DNA from: an uncultured archaeon
GTDB taxonomy: Archaea > Thermoproteota > EX4484-205 > JAAOZP01
Assembly (NCBI GenBank): GCA_938045545.1
Contig: CALIBN010000028.1
Span: 1-56,396, forward strand
DNA: 56,396 nucleotides
Direction of reading: 5' to 3'
This document shows positions 18,130 to 28,060 of the stretch, in pieces (position 1 is the stretch's first letter; each line of letters starts with the position of its first letter). The position numbers and the translations under genes are program-made. The notes beneath the pieces are model-generated. The model saw only the letters and a list, made by a program, of their open reading frames with translations, searched no databases and was not told the DNA's origin.

Positions 18130-19413
18130 TCACTCCGCCATTTTAACAACGTCCTCATAGCTTTGGAGAAACTTGTTTATGTATATCATGCCGGGAGGCA
18201 GAATTAAGCCAGGGTTCACCCTGGTGTTTATGAGCTTGCAACCCTCACGTATTCTAACGGAGTTCCCAATGGTTGAGAAAGACTCTATACTGGTTGGGTT
18301 TTCTTGCGAGGATTCGACTATAGCCTTTCTCCCTATAATGCTATCAGAGATACGCGTATAGTCGCCGATTTTCGCCGCATCCATAATTGCAGACCTTTCA
18401 ATATTTACATTCTCACCTATGATGCAGAAATTATCTATTGAGGAGTCAGTAATTTTAGAGTAGTCGCCTATTCTAGTATGCCTCCCGATTAAAACAGCAC
18501 CCTCTAAACCCAGTCTGTTCTCCCTGTGTTTTCTAACTATCTCTTCCCTTCTTTTTACAGATTCTTCACTATAACCTTGGACCCAGATATTCCTGCCTGG
18601 GACAATTCTTTCTTCAGTTACCCTAATGTCTAATGCTCCTCTAAGAACGTTAACCATGGCCTCCAAATACTTTTCGGGAGAACCCACGTCAAACCAAACA
18701 GGGATTTCGTAACCGTAAACCGGAAAACCGTTGTCAACAAGATACGGTATTAAGTCATACCCGAAATCAAGCCTCTTCCTCTCATTTCTAATCCTCAGCA
18801 CCTCTTCGCTATTCACTATGTTTCTCAGCTCCGGAGACAAAAGGTATATTCCGGCATTCGCAAGGTTACTTGGCGCTTGCTCTGGCCTAGGCTTTTCAAC
18901 GAAACGCTTAATCCTGAAATCTTCTCCAAGCTCCGCAATACCGTACTCCCCTACGTCCTTAACCCTTGTCAACGCAATGCTCATCACAGCATTTCTTTCC
19001 TCATGTCTTCTTACGAAGTCGTTCAAATCCATGTTAAACAGGTTGTCACCCTGCACTACAATCACAGGTTTACGAATATCGTAATAATCCATGTTTATCC
19101 GATAAGAGTCGGCGCTTCCAAGGTCATCCAGATTAGGCTGATGCTTAATGTGGACTCTAGGCTCAATCCTATATTTGGCTGAGAAACCAATACCTTCTCC
19201 ATACTGGTCGAAAAGATTAGCGTAATTCGTATAACCCATTTCCCCGAATATGAAGTTTCTAACGCCCTGCTCAGCCAAGGTGATCATTGAAAATTCGATC
19301 AGAGGCCGGTTGAGAAATCTTACACAGGGTTTGGAAACATCATGTGACAGCGGCCTCAACCTTTTAGCTTGACCACCCACCGGTATGAAACACACCAAGT
19401 CCTGAACCCTCAT
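18130..19413 (-). CDS. NDP-sugar pyrophosphorylase (glucose-1-phosphate nucleotidyltransferase-like) with a C-terminal left-handed beta-helix
   Basis: Motifs PVGGQAKRLRPL...SKP, VQGDNL, FVEKP, ANAGIY, DFGYD and WFDVG, followed by hexapeptide repeats. Confidence 0.85.
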   Translation of the reverse strand: MRVQDLVCFIPVGGQAKRLRPLSHDVSKPCVRFLNRPLIEFSMITLAEQGVRNFIFGEMGYTNYANLFDQYGEGIGFSAKYRIEPRVHIKHQPNLDDLGSADSYRINMDYYDIRKPVIVVQGDNLFNMDLNDFVRRHEERNAVMSIALTRVKDVGEYGIAELGEDFRIKRFVEKPRPEQAPSNLANAGIYLLSPELRNIVNSEEVLRIRNERKRLDFGYDLIPYLVDNGFPVYGYEIPVWFDVGSPEKYLEAMVNVLRGALDIRVTEERIVPGRNIWVQGYSEESVKRREEIVRKHRENRLGLEGAVLIGRHTRIGDYSKITDSSIDNFCIIGENVNIERSAIMDAAKIGDYTRISDSIIGRKAIVESSQENPTSIESFSTIGNSVRIREGCKLINTRVNPGLILPPGMIYINKFLQSYEDVVKMAE

Positions 19414-19542
19414 ATACAGTATACGAAGCCGGAGGAAACATTTATTTTTAACGGCGGTAGAAAAGGTTTACGAGCAGATTGTCACCGGCTTGAGTCTTAA
19501 CAGTATGGGATAACTTATACTTCTAACCTGCAACCCAATTGT

Positions 19543-21474
19543 TCACCCGCCCAGAAGTTTCATGACAGCTTCGACCAGCGAAACCTCGTCTAACCCTGCC
19601 ATTCTGTAAAGGTCTTCGAACGATCCAGAGGCACCGTATCCACCGATGCCCAACCGTTTTATTCTAACGTTGTAACCACGCTCGGCAATAGCCTGCGAAA
19701 CAGATGCTCCCAACCCGGTGTTAACATTATGATCCTCATATGTTATAATTCTGCCTGTTTTAGCGGCCTCCTCCAAAACGTTCTCATCAACCTCTAGAGG
19801 GCAGGAAACATTAACCACCATAACATTAACACCAATATCCCTCAGCCTCTCCCAAGCTGAGATGGCTTTGTGAACTATGGAGCCCATGGTGAAGATTGCA
19901 GCATCCCTGCCGGCTCTCAAGACCTCCGCCTTACCATATTGGAACACGTAGTTTCCCGCAAACACTTCTCTACCCGCCTCGTCAGTGATTACTGGCAGCT
20001 TCGACCTTCCCACGGCCAGCAGGAAGTTGCCGGGTGTAGACGCGATGAACCTCGTAGCCCTATCTGTCTGATTAGCATCAGCAGGCACTATCACCCTGAA
20101 GCCGTAGAGGTTCCTGAAAACCCCTACGTAATCGATGCAATGATGAGTCTTCCCGTCTTCTCCGACGTTTAAACCACAGTGTGTAACCACAACCTTAAGG
20201 TTAGTGTGATTAATATCATTAAGCCTATGCTGATTATAAGTCTCGTCCACACCGAAAACCCCAAAGTCGACGAAGAAGGACGCAACCCCTTGGATGGATG
20301 CTGCTCCTGCAATAGTCGCCGTAGTGTGCTCCTGAACACCGGCTTGAAAGAAGTTGGCGGGGAATCTCTTAGCGAACTCCAATGTCCTTACAGACTCCGC
20401 TAGGTCGCAATCGAAAACAGCGATTAAGGGTTTCCCCCCGCCCTGGGCTTCAGCCAGGTCGATCAAAGCATTGCCAAAAGCCTGCCTGGTTTCCACTTGG
20501 CTTCCAGCCACGTATGTTCTCGGCACCCCGGGCTTGAGGATCACCGTTTCCGAGCACGATTCATAAGCCTTGTGTCTCGGAGAAACTTTAAGCTCGGAGG
20601 CGAACCTGCTTCTCAACGCCTTATACTTGTCTAGGTCATCCTCAACACCTAGTTCCAGAATCGCCTTCTTATACTCATCCGTTTTCAACGGTCTACCGTG
20701 GTACTCCTCATTACCCTCCATGAAGGAAACCCCCTTGCCCATTACTGTTCTAGCGATAATGGCTGTTGGATAACCGTCGGAAACCGCCTCGTCCAACGCG
20801 TTTCGCAGAGCCTTTAAATCATGGCCATTCGTCTCAATCACCCTCCAGCCGTCTGACGCATACCCCTCCTTAATGTTAACCGGCATCACCTCATACGTCT
20901 TCCCGCTTATCTGTCTCTCATTGTAGTCAACCACGACAGTAATGTTTGTGAAACCATACTTATGGGCGAACCTCCTAGCCTCAGCCACCTGCCCCTTAGC
21001 CTGCTCCGCGTCGCTCATGGCTACGAAAACATGGTAGTCCTCTCCCCTAATCCTCCCTGCGACGGCGAAGCCGCATCCTGCAGAAAGCCCTTGGCCAAGG
21101 TTCCCGGTGGACCACTCAACCCCCGGGACGCATCTCTCCACATGACCCTCGAAACGGCTGCCGGCAAGCCTGAAGGTGGCTATTGCCTCATCAATATCGA
21201 AGAAGCCGAGCCTCCCTAGGGCGGCGTAAACACCTGGAGAGGTATGGCCGTGGCTGATGACTATCCTGTCCCTAGCCGGCCAGCATGGCTCGTTAGGCTT
21301 AACCCTTGCAAAGGAGAAAAGGGCAAGGTAAATGTCGATGCTGGACATGGATCCTCCGGGGTGTCCAGAGGCAGCGAGGGTCGTCATCTTAATTATGTCG
21401 CCGCGCGCGATTCTGCTCAATTCCCTAAGCTTTTCAAGGTCTTCATCCGATATCCATCTCTCAGGGGAGTTCAT
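19543..21474 (-). CDS. tkt: Transketolase, single-chain (fused N- and C-terminal domains)
   Basis: 643 aa; motifs SGHPGGSMS, SHGHTSP, TGNLGQGLS, ThDP motif variant SDAE...DYN, GVQEH, VGEDGKTHH and YEDH. Confidence 0.9.
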   Translation of the reverse strand: MNSPERWISDEDLEKLRELSRIARGDIIKMTTLAASGHPGGSMSSIDIYLALFSFARVKPNEPCWPARDRIVISHGHTSPGVYAALGRLGFFDIDEAIATFRLAGSRFEGHVERCVPGVEWSTGNLGQGLSAGCGFAVAGRIRGEDYHVFVAMSDAEQAKGQVAEARRFAHKYGFTNITVVVDYNERQISGKTYEVMPVNIKEGYASDGWRVIETNGHDLKALRNALDEAVSDGYPTAIIARTVMGKGVSFMEGNEEYHGRPLKTDEYKKAILELGVEDDLDKYKALRSRFASELKVSPRHKAYESCSETVILKPGVPRTYVAGSQVETRQAFGNALIDLAEAQGGGKPLIAVFDCDLAESVRTLEFAKRFPANFFQAGVQEHTTATIAGAASIQGVASFFVDFGVFGVDETYNQHRLNDINHTNLKVVVTHCGLNVGEDGKTHHCIDYVGVFRNLYGFRVIVPADANQTDRATRFIASTPGNFLLAVGRSKLPVITDEAGREVFAGNYVFQYGKAEVLRAGRDAAIFTMGSIVHKAISAWERLRDIGVNVMVVNVSCPLEVDENVLEEAAKTGRIITYEDHNVNTGLGASVSQAIAERGYNVRIKRLGIGGYGASGSFEDLYRMAGLDEVSLVEAVMKLLGG

Positions 21475-21663
21475 GGGGGGAACGACCCATTAGAGTAATA
21501 AAAAGATTCTGCGTCAGAAGGCGATTCTAGGCGCTGGAGAATTTCAGTTTCACCAACGTGAACCCTCCCGTCCCGGTCAAGAAGCTTCACGCATACACCA
21601 AACCTGGCAAGCCCCGTCCCAGGCAGTAGCGCACACTCGTTCACTGCCGTGCAGCGTTGAAAC

Positions 21664-24060
21664 CTATTCAACCACCTCGAGGATGCACACCCCGCCTTTT
21701 AAAAGAATCTTCAAATCTATAGTTTTCAACTCACTGTTATACTCGTAGGATACAAGGTCTCCTCCTGTGCAGTTGATTCTGAGTGGCCTATTCTCATCGT
21801 AGAAAACTATCCTCCAAGTTTTTCCAGAAGGCCCCATCTTCAGCCTTAAAACACCGTTTTCTCTAGAAACCTCTATCGGAAAACTCTCGTCGAAAAAGTA
21901 GTTTAAGAACGCCTTGTCTTTCACAAAGACTTCGAGAATCATTTCTTCAAATTTTTCACCCACGTGTTGCACAGGATTCACCATAGGTATTACTGAGTTA
22001 TCCCTGATGAACAAAGGCATCACGTGCAACGGGACGTTTTCCTTAATCCAGCAACCTCCTTTAACCGGCTTCCTACTCCACCAGTTTAGCCATTCGCCCT
22101 TTGGCAAGTAGTACTCCACGAATCCCTCCTCGTTTAGAACGGGTACCACAAGCAGGGCTGAGCCGAAGAAATACTCTAAGTCAATCCTTCTAACATTCGG
22201 GTCCTCCGGATACTCTAACACCAGCGGCCTAGCCATCGGAATACCTGTTGCACACGCTTCATAGGCATGTGAGTAAATATAGGGCAAGAGACTATACCTA
22301 AGGCGGGCGAATTCCCTGAAGATTCGAAGAGCCTCCTCTCCGTACTCCCATGGTTCCCTTGGCGTAGTCCCGTGACACCTCGAAAAAGGGCTTAAAAGAC
22401 CCCATTGAGCCCACCTGACGTAGAGTGTTGGACTAGGCTTCGGACCTTGAAAACCACCTATATCATGGCTCCAGAAGGGTACACCCGACATCGAGTAGCT
22501 CAGCCCGCCGCGCAGCACGCACGCCATGTCTTCAAAGGTAGCATGGCTGTCACCACTCCATTGAACCGGATACCTCTGTATTCCTGCGCATCCAGAACGC
22601 CCCCAGACGAGCCCATTACCCTTCCCGTAAACCTCTTCCACCGCTTCAAAAACAGTCCCCTGATAGTAGAGGGGATAAAGATTATGCATCTCCACTCCAG
22701 TCTTCCCATTGTGGAAAACTGCACGCTCAGGCACGGCTTCACCCATGTCGCATTTGAAGACCGAGACCCCTTTTCTAAGTAGACTTGAATGCTTACTCTT
22801 ATACCATTCCCTAGCCCCTGGGTTTGTGAAATCAACTATAGCCACTTCGCAAAGCTCAAAGTCTGGGATATGGATTACTCCACCATCCTTATCTTTCAGA
22901 AAGAAGCCTTTTTCAAGGCCCTCTTCATACATGATTGTACCCTTCGGAACATACGGTTGCTCCCATAAGCATACTTTGAAACCCATTTCTCTCAGTTTTT
23001 TAAACATGCCATCCGGATCCGGAAAAGCATCTTCATTCCATTCGAAATCGCAGTAATGCTTGGGCTTCATCCAAGATGGGTCTATGTGCAGCACATCGCA
23101 GGGTATTTGCTGGTTTCTCAGTTTTTGAGCAACCTCTTCAACTTCCGTCCTATTTCGATACATGCATCGAGACATCCATAATCCGAAGGACCATAATGGC
23201 GGTAGGCTGGGACGCCCAGTGAGCTCAGTATACATTTTCAAAATACGTTTCAAATCTGGACCGTAGAAAACAATATACTCTAAACAGTCATCCCAAATCT
23301 CGAAAGAAATAGAATTGTAGCAATACTCGGAGCCCACTTCGAACAGTGTTTTACACCCTGTCTTCACAAACAAACCGTAGCCCTCGCTCGAAACGTAGAA
23401 AGGTATACTTTTATAGCTCCTATCGGAAGAGGTTAAAGTAGTGTCCGAATTCCAAAGTAAAAGAGTCTGACCCCTTTTATCAAGAGGCCCGAATCTCTCG
23501 CCAAACCCGTAAACCGATTCATTCGGTCTCAAGTAGACACTTTCAAAGAAACGTTTCTCACCGTCTACAGTTTTATAGCCGAGGGGGTAAACTGGAAACC
23601 AGCTGCGGAGAACACCTGAAAGATATTCCTCGAAGAAAACTCTCCCCTTCTCATCCTTTAGCTTTAGACACCAAGGGTCCTTCTGGATCCGGCAGGATAC
23701 TCTGTCTGATGAAAAATCTAGGAAACTATTAGACTCTGAGATACTGACTTCCACCTGCTCCAAGAACCCCTTCACCATAAGGGGTTCGGGCTCGAAAGCC
23801 GGAACCCCGCCTATGCCTGCCCTCAACATCAAAGCCTGTTCCCCGAGGAAAGAAACCTCCACGTGCAAAGGGTTAGCCCTAGGTTCTGTTTCAGCGATTA
23901 GCTTAACCTTGCCATCCTGAACAGTCCACGAATCAATTCGTGAAGCATAGTGATATTTCCATCGAAGCTTGTCAAAAATAGGCTCTCTCCCAGTCTTGTG
24001 AAGGTACTCCAGGTAATACCTTTCGCTGAAATAAGTATTATTCTCCACACTATAGCTCAT
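21664..24060 (-). CDS. Glycoside hydrolase family 31, alpha-xylosidase (YicI-like)
   Basis: Motifs YGFGE, FGLWMSR, CDVLHID, FKCDMGE (nucleophile), QWSGD, WSHDIGGF and SRCHG. Confidence 0.9.
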   Translation of the reverse strand: MSYSVENNTYFSERYYLEYLHKTGREPIFDKLRWKYHYASRIDSWTVQDGKVKLIAETEPRANPLHVEVSFLGEQALMLRAGIGGVPAFEPEPLMVKGFLEQVEVSISESNSFLDFSSDRVSCRIQKDPWCLKLKDEKGRVFFEEYLSGVLRSWFPVYPLGYKTVDGEKRFFESVYLRPNESVYGFGERFGPLDKRGQTLLLWNSDTTLTSSDRSYKSIPFYVSSEGYGLFVKTGCKTLFEVGSEYCYNSISFEIWDDCLEYIVFYGPDLKRILKMYTELTGRPSLPPLWSFGLWMSRCMYRNRTEVEEVAQKLRNQQIPCDVLHIDPSWMKPKHYCDFEWNEDAFPDPDGMFKKLREMGFKVCLWEQPYVPKGTIMYEEGLEKGFFLKDKDGGVIHIPDFELCEVAIVDFTNPGAREWYKSKHSSLLRKGVSVFKCDMGEAVPERAVFHNGKTGVEMHNLYPLYYQGTVFEAVEEVYGKGNGLVWGRSGCAGIQRYPVQWSGDSHATFEDMACVLRGGLSYSMSGVPFWSHDIGGFQGPKPSPTLYVRWAQWGLLSPFSRCHGTTPREPWEYGEEALRIFREFARLRYSLLPYIYSHAYEACATGIPMARPLVLEYPEDPNVRRIDLEYFFGSALLVVPVLNEEGFVEYYLPKGEWLNWWSRKPVKGGCWIKENVPLHVMPLFIRDNSVIPMVNPVQHVGEKFEEMILEVFVKDKAFLNYFFDESFPIEVSRENGVLRLKMGPSGKTWRIVFYDENRPLRINCTGGDLVSYEYNSELKTIDLKILLKGGVCILEVVE

Positions 24061-24165
24061 TCGAGAAACTAGGAATTAAAGTTTTACGAGATCCTTAATC
24101 AATCTTCTGAAACAACTTGTTTAACCACTAAGAAAGGCTTAAAATTCAGGCATTGTTTTAAGACC

Positions 24166-25203
24166 ATGTCTAAAGAGCTAGTGGCGATAGGCCCTAGAAA
24201 ACCTGTGCTCTTAGATTATGCTGAGAGACCGCTTAAAAAAGGCGAGCTCCGGATAAGGAGCGTCTTCTCAGCGGAGAAGCATGTCACAACTCTGCTTTTA
24301 TACAGGGGGAAGCGCCGTTCTTGAACAAGTATTACGACCATGAACGCATGCTTTTCTTGAGTAGGACAGGGAAGCGTCCTATTTCCCATTACCCCTTGGA
24401 AACATGATTGTCGGGATTGTTGAGCAGGTTTCTCCAGAGGCTATGAGGTTTAAAGTTGGAGACAGGGTTTACGGTTATCTTCCGATAAGAGAAACACATA
24501 ACTGTTTCCGAGCAACACGTCATGCCTGCTCCTGAGGACGTTAGCGATGAAGAGCTTGTGTGCGTTGACCCGGCAGTTGTCGCGCTTATGGCGGTTGGAG
24601 AAGGACATGTAAGACTTGGCGACCGGGTTGCGATCTTCGGAATGGGGGCAATAGGGCTTTTAACACTACAGATGTGTAAAATGTCCGGTAGCCTATGCGT
24701 CATCCCCGTGGAACCGGTTGGGAAGAGACGGAGTCTTGCTGAGAAATTTGGAGCAGACCACGTGATTGACCCGACTTCTGTTGAAGCGGGTTGAAGATTA
24801 GGGAGTTAACTGACTGGAAGGGAGTGGATGTTTCGCTGGAGATCAGCGGAAGCTATCGAGCATTACACCAAGCCATCAGGGCAACAAGATATGGTGGAAG
24901 CGTGATTCCTGTTTCATGGCATCATGGAGAAGATAAAGGTCTTTACCTTGGCGAAGAATTTCACTTTAACCGTTTAACGCTAGTATCCGGGGCTCGCGTC
25001 GAAAGCGAGCCTTGCAGAGAACACCCTCTTTGGAGCAGGGAAAGGGTTTACGCTACGGTGATTGAGCTTTTCGAGAGGAAGAAGCTTAGTGTTCGAGGAA
25101 TAATTGACCCTGTCGTGAAGTTTAGCCAGGTTGTTGAAGCCTATAGGGGATGATAGATGAACGGCCATGGGAATGCGTTAAACTCGGGGTAACCTATCCT
25201 TAA
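24166..25203 (+). pseudogene. Zinc-binding (MDR) alcohol/sugar dehydrogenase with about five frameshifts
   Basis: MSKELVAIGPRKPVLLDY start, followed by fragments in shifting frames: FPLPLGNMIVG, FKVGDRVYG, VAIFGMGAIGL (Rossmann), GVDVSLEISGS and CVKLGVTYP*. Shifts lie near 24308, 24380, 24500, 24790 and 25148. Confidence 0.8.
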
Positions 25204-25394
25204 AAAGCCTTTAGATGCGGCCGTGCTTACCTTTTAAGTCAAACCTTAGCGAATGACGTAAACGGGTTGGGATGCTGGCTGTAAACATCTTTAATAGCGG
25301 CTCATCGCCCCAAGTAGTTTTCAACGCTTTTCAGCAGAAAGGGCTTCAAGCTAAAGATTTATTTTACGACTTTTAAAGAAATCCTTGAGGAAAA

Positions 25395-26804
25395 ATGACA
25401 GGGGAAGCGGGGAAAGTTAGGCTGGGTTTTGTTCCACTCCACAGGGAGCCTTTCGACGAGGAATGGGCCAAGAAGCTGCGGAATAGGACTATAGAAGCGC
25501 TTTCCCGGTTGGAAGAGCTGGCTTTAATATACCCCGATGAAAAACTGACTAAAAACGGCCTAGTCAGGAATGACCAGGATGCTTCTAAAACGATAGAGTT
25601 TTTCAAAAGCCGAGAGGTGCATGGGCTAATACTGGGCACAATGACCTTTGGAGACGAGGTTGCTGGTTCTTCAATCGCGCAGGCCATGAGAGTCCCAACT
25701 CTAGTTTTCGGCACGAAGGAGCCGCCTATATCGGTCGAAGGTTTTAGAAGCTCAGACTCTTTCTGCGGGACCCTTTCACTAACCTCAGGGCTCTACAGGA
25801 GAAAAATACCTTTCGACTTCGCCGGCATAGTTTTCCCGGAGGAGGGCCCTTTCTTAGAAAAAGTCAGGGTCTTTGCAAGAGCATGCTCTTCGGTCAAAGC
25901 CTTCCTCGGAGCCAAGGTTGGCGTGTTTGGTCCCAGACCCGAACGATTCGAAACCTGCACTTACAACGAGGTAGCGATGATGAACAAGTTTGGGCAGAGA
26001 GCCGTACCCTATGACCTCACCAGCATCATACTCGGTTTGAACAGGATGCCTGAGGACAATCCGGGTGTGACGCGAGTTGTTGAACAAATAAAATCTTACG
26101 CTGAAGTTACGGGAATACCCGTTGAAAACCTGCTGAAGATGGCGAAGCTAGAGGTTCTGCTGAAAAACATGGCTGAGAAGGATGGTTTGTCAGCACTCGG
26201 ATTCAGATGCTGGACTGAGATACAGGATCTCTATGGAATATCGGTTTGCCACGTGCTAGGCAGGTTGACGGAGCAGGGTCTGGTCTCTGCATGTGAATCT
26301 GACGTTTATGGAGCGCTAACCATGCTTATGCAGTATTGGGCAACACTGGGAGAATCAGTGCCCCATTTCGTAGACTGGACTATTCGGCATCCAGAGAAAG
26401 AAGACTTTGTCCTAATGTGGCACTGTGGGAACGCGCCGCCTTCACTGGCATGCGCCGGCTGCAAACTAGCCATAAGATATCACAGCATACTTTACAGAGC
26501 GGTAGGTGAAGAAAGGTCTCAAGGGACTGGCGAGTTCAGGCTTAAACCTGGCCCGGTTACGATCAACAGGCTGGTGGAGTACGATGGAGAATTCAAAATG
26601 TTAACTGTGAGCGGCGAGATTGTTGAAGAAGGACCCTACACTAGGGGCTCGTATAGCTGGGTTAGGATTAAAAACCTTGATGAAGTGTATAGGAAGCTTG
26701 TAGACGAGGGGTTCATACACCACGCAAGCATGATTCATGGAGATATTTCTAGAGAGATAGAGAGCGCGTGCAGATTCCTAGGAATAAGAGTGGTTAAGGC
26801 GTAG
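25395..26804 (+). CDS. L-fucose/L-arabinose isomerase family protein
   Basis: Motifs TFGDE, DSFCG, RCWTEIQ, SACESDVYGA (metal ligands), WHCGNAP and GFIHH. Confidence 0.85.
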   Translation: MTGEAGKVRLGFVPLHREPFDEEWAKKLRNRTIEALSRLEELALIYPDEKLTKNGLVRNDQDASKTIEFFKSREVHGLILGTMTFGDEVAGSSIAQAMRVPTLVFGTKEPPISVEGFRSSDSFCGTLSLTSGLYRRKIPFDFAGIVFPEEGPFLEKVRVFARACSSVKAFLGAKVGVFGPRPERFETCTYNEVAMMNKFGQRAVPYDLTSIILGLNRMPEDNPGVTRVVEQIKSYAEVTGIPVENLLKMAKLEVLLKNMAEKDGLSALGFRCWTEIQDLYGISVCHVLGRLTEQGLVSACESDVYGALTMLMQYWATLGESVPHFVDWTIRHPEKEDFVLMWHCGNAPPSLACAGCKLAIRYHSILYRAVGEERSQGTGEFRLKPGPVTINRLVEYDGEFKMLTVSGEIVEEGPYTRGSYSWVRIKNLDEVYRKLVDEGFIHHASMIHGDISREIESACRFLGIRVVKA

Positions 26805-26979
26805 GCGTAGCGCAAGCAAGTTAATTCTTTTTCAGGATGAAGAAGCCTGCTGTTAACCGGATTAGGCTCCAGGCGACACTTTTTAAATTATAATACATCG
26901 TAGAGTCGTAGGCACTGTGAACCTTAAGCCTGCGAGGAAAAACATAAAAACCATGTTAATAACCACCCATATTGTTCAC

Positions 26980-27735
26980 ATGGCTTACCAAGATACGAAA
27001 AGCCTCGTGCTATATCAAGTATACGGGCAGATAATGATACTGATTCTTGCAGCTTTAAACACCTATTATCCTGAGTACCTTACCTATACTTTCGTAGCGT
27101 TCATAGTAATCTCCCTAATCTTAACGTTTTCAAGAATGAGGTCCCAGTTGAAAGGACCGTCCTTTGAACAGCTTAAGGAGATAAGGGGGAGCAAAAAGAT
27201 CTACGAGGAAGGAACTGTCGAGGTTTCAAGGCTCATGGCGTCTGATGCGCAACTCACTCAGGAAATGAAACCCTTAGCAGTCTCTTCCTTCCTAGGATTG
27301 TTTGCTATTATAATCATACTGGTCTGGTACCCAATGTACTTTAATTTTGCAGGCAGCTTGACAAGCAACTCGTCTCTATCAGGACCACTAAGGTTCCTAG
27401 TCTTCCTCATTGGTTACGAAGTTCCCTACATAATGATGGCTGTTATAAGCTTTAGACAGAACAAGGTGTCTAAAAGCTTCGCGCAGATCCCTAGAAACTA
27501 TACTCTCTTCGAACGGGGGCTGGTTGGACAAGGAGTGGTCATAAGGTCGCCCATGGATAACTATGAGGTTAAGCTTGACTCGAAAAGGAAATTTGTTGAA
27601 CTCATCAGTAAAGACGAGAAGAAGCCTATGCGAGTAAGGCTTTACAGCTCAAAACCGGATGAGCTTTTTAACCTGATCAAGACACACGGGTTTTCAAGAA
27701 GAACGAATAACCTATATGGCACCGAAAAAGGATGA
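26980..27735 (+). CDS. Archaeal membrane protein, DUF2208-like
   Basis: Four hydrophobic segments plus a C-terminal beta-rich tail (RKFVELI...VRLYS). Start chosen at ATG 26980; the ORF track starts at 26917. Confidence 0.6.
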   Translation: MAYQDTKSLVLYQVYGQIMILILAALNTYYPEYLTYTFVAFIVISLILTFSRMRSQLKGPSFEQLKEIRGSKKIYEEGTVEVSRLMASDAQLTQEMKPLAVSSFLGLFAIIIILVWYPMYFNFAGSLTSNSSLSGPLRFLVFLIGYEVPYIMMAVISFRQNKVSKSFAQIPRNYTLFERGLVGQGVVIRSPMDNYEVKLDSKRKFVELISKDEKKPMRVRLYSSKPDELFNLIKTHGFSRRTNNLYGTEKG

Positions 27736-28060
27736 AGCCCCATCACGCTAAACGTAAAGTCAACTTGAAAGTCATTGCCTTTCGAAGGATGTTAAAAGAT
27801 TTTGAAATGAAAAAATCATCATGAAGGCAATTTGGTCCGCAGGTTACTAATAAATTTCGCAAGCAAATTCCTGAGTAATTACAGAACATAATGTCAGAGT
27901 CTCAGAATGACGGTTCGGCAAGAGGAAGAATTATAACAGTCGAAAACAGGCTTTTGGACTATTGGCTTTGTATGCGAGATTTGGAAGAAGCTTCAAGGCT
28001 TACTTTGCCTGCAAAACCTAATAAAACTTTTTATACAAGACCTATAATAATCGAGAGGAG

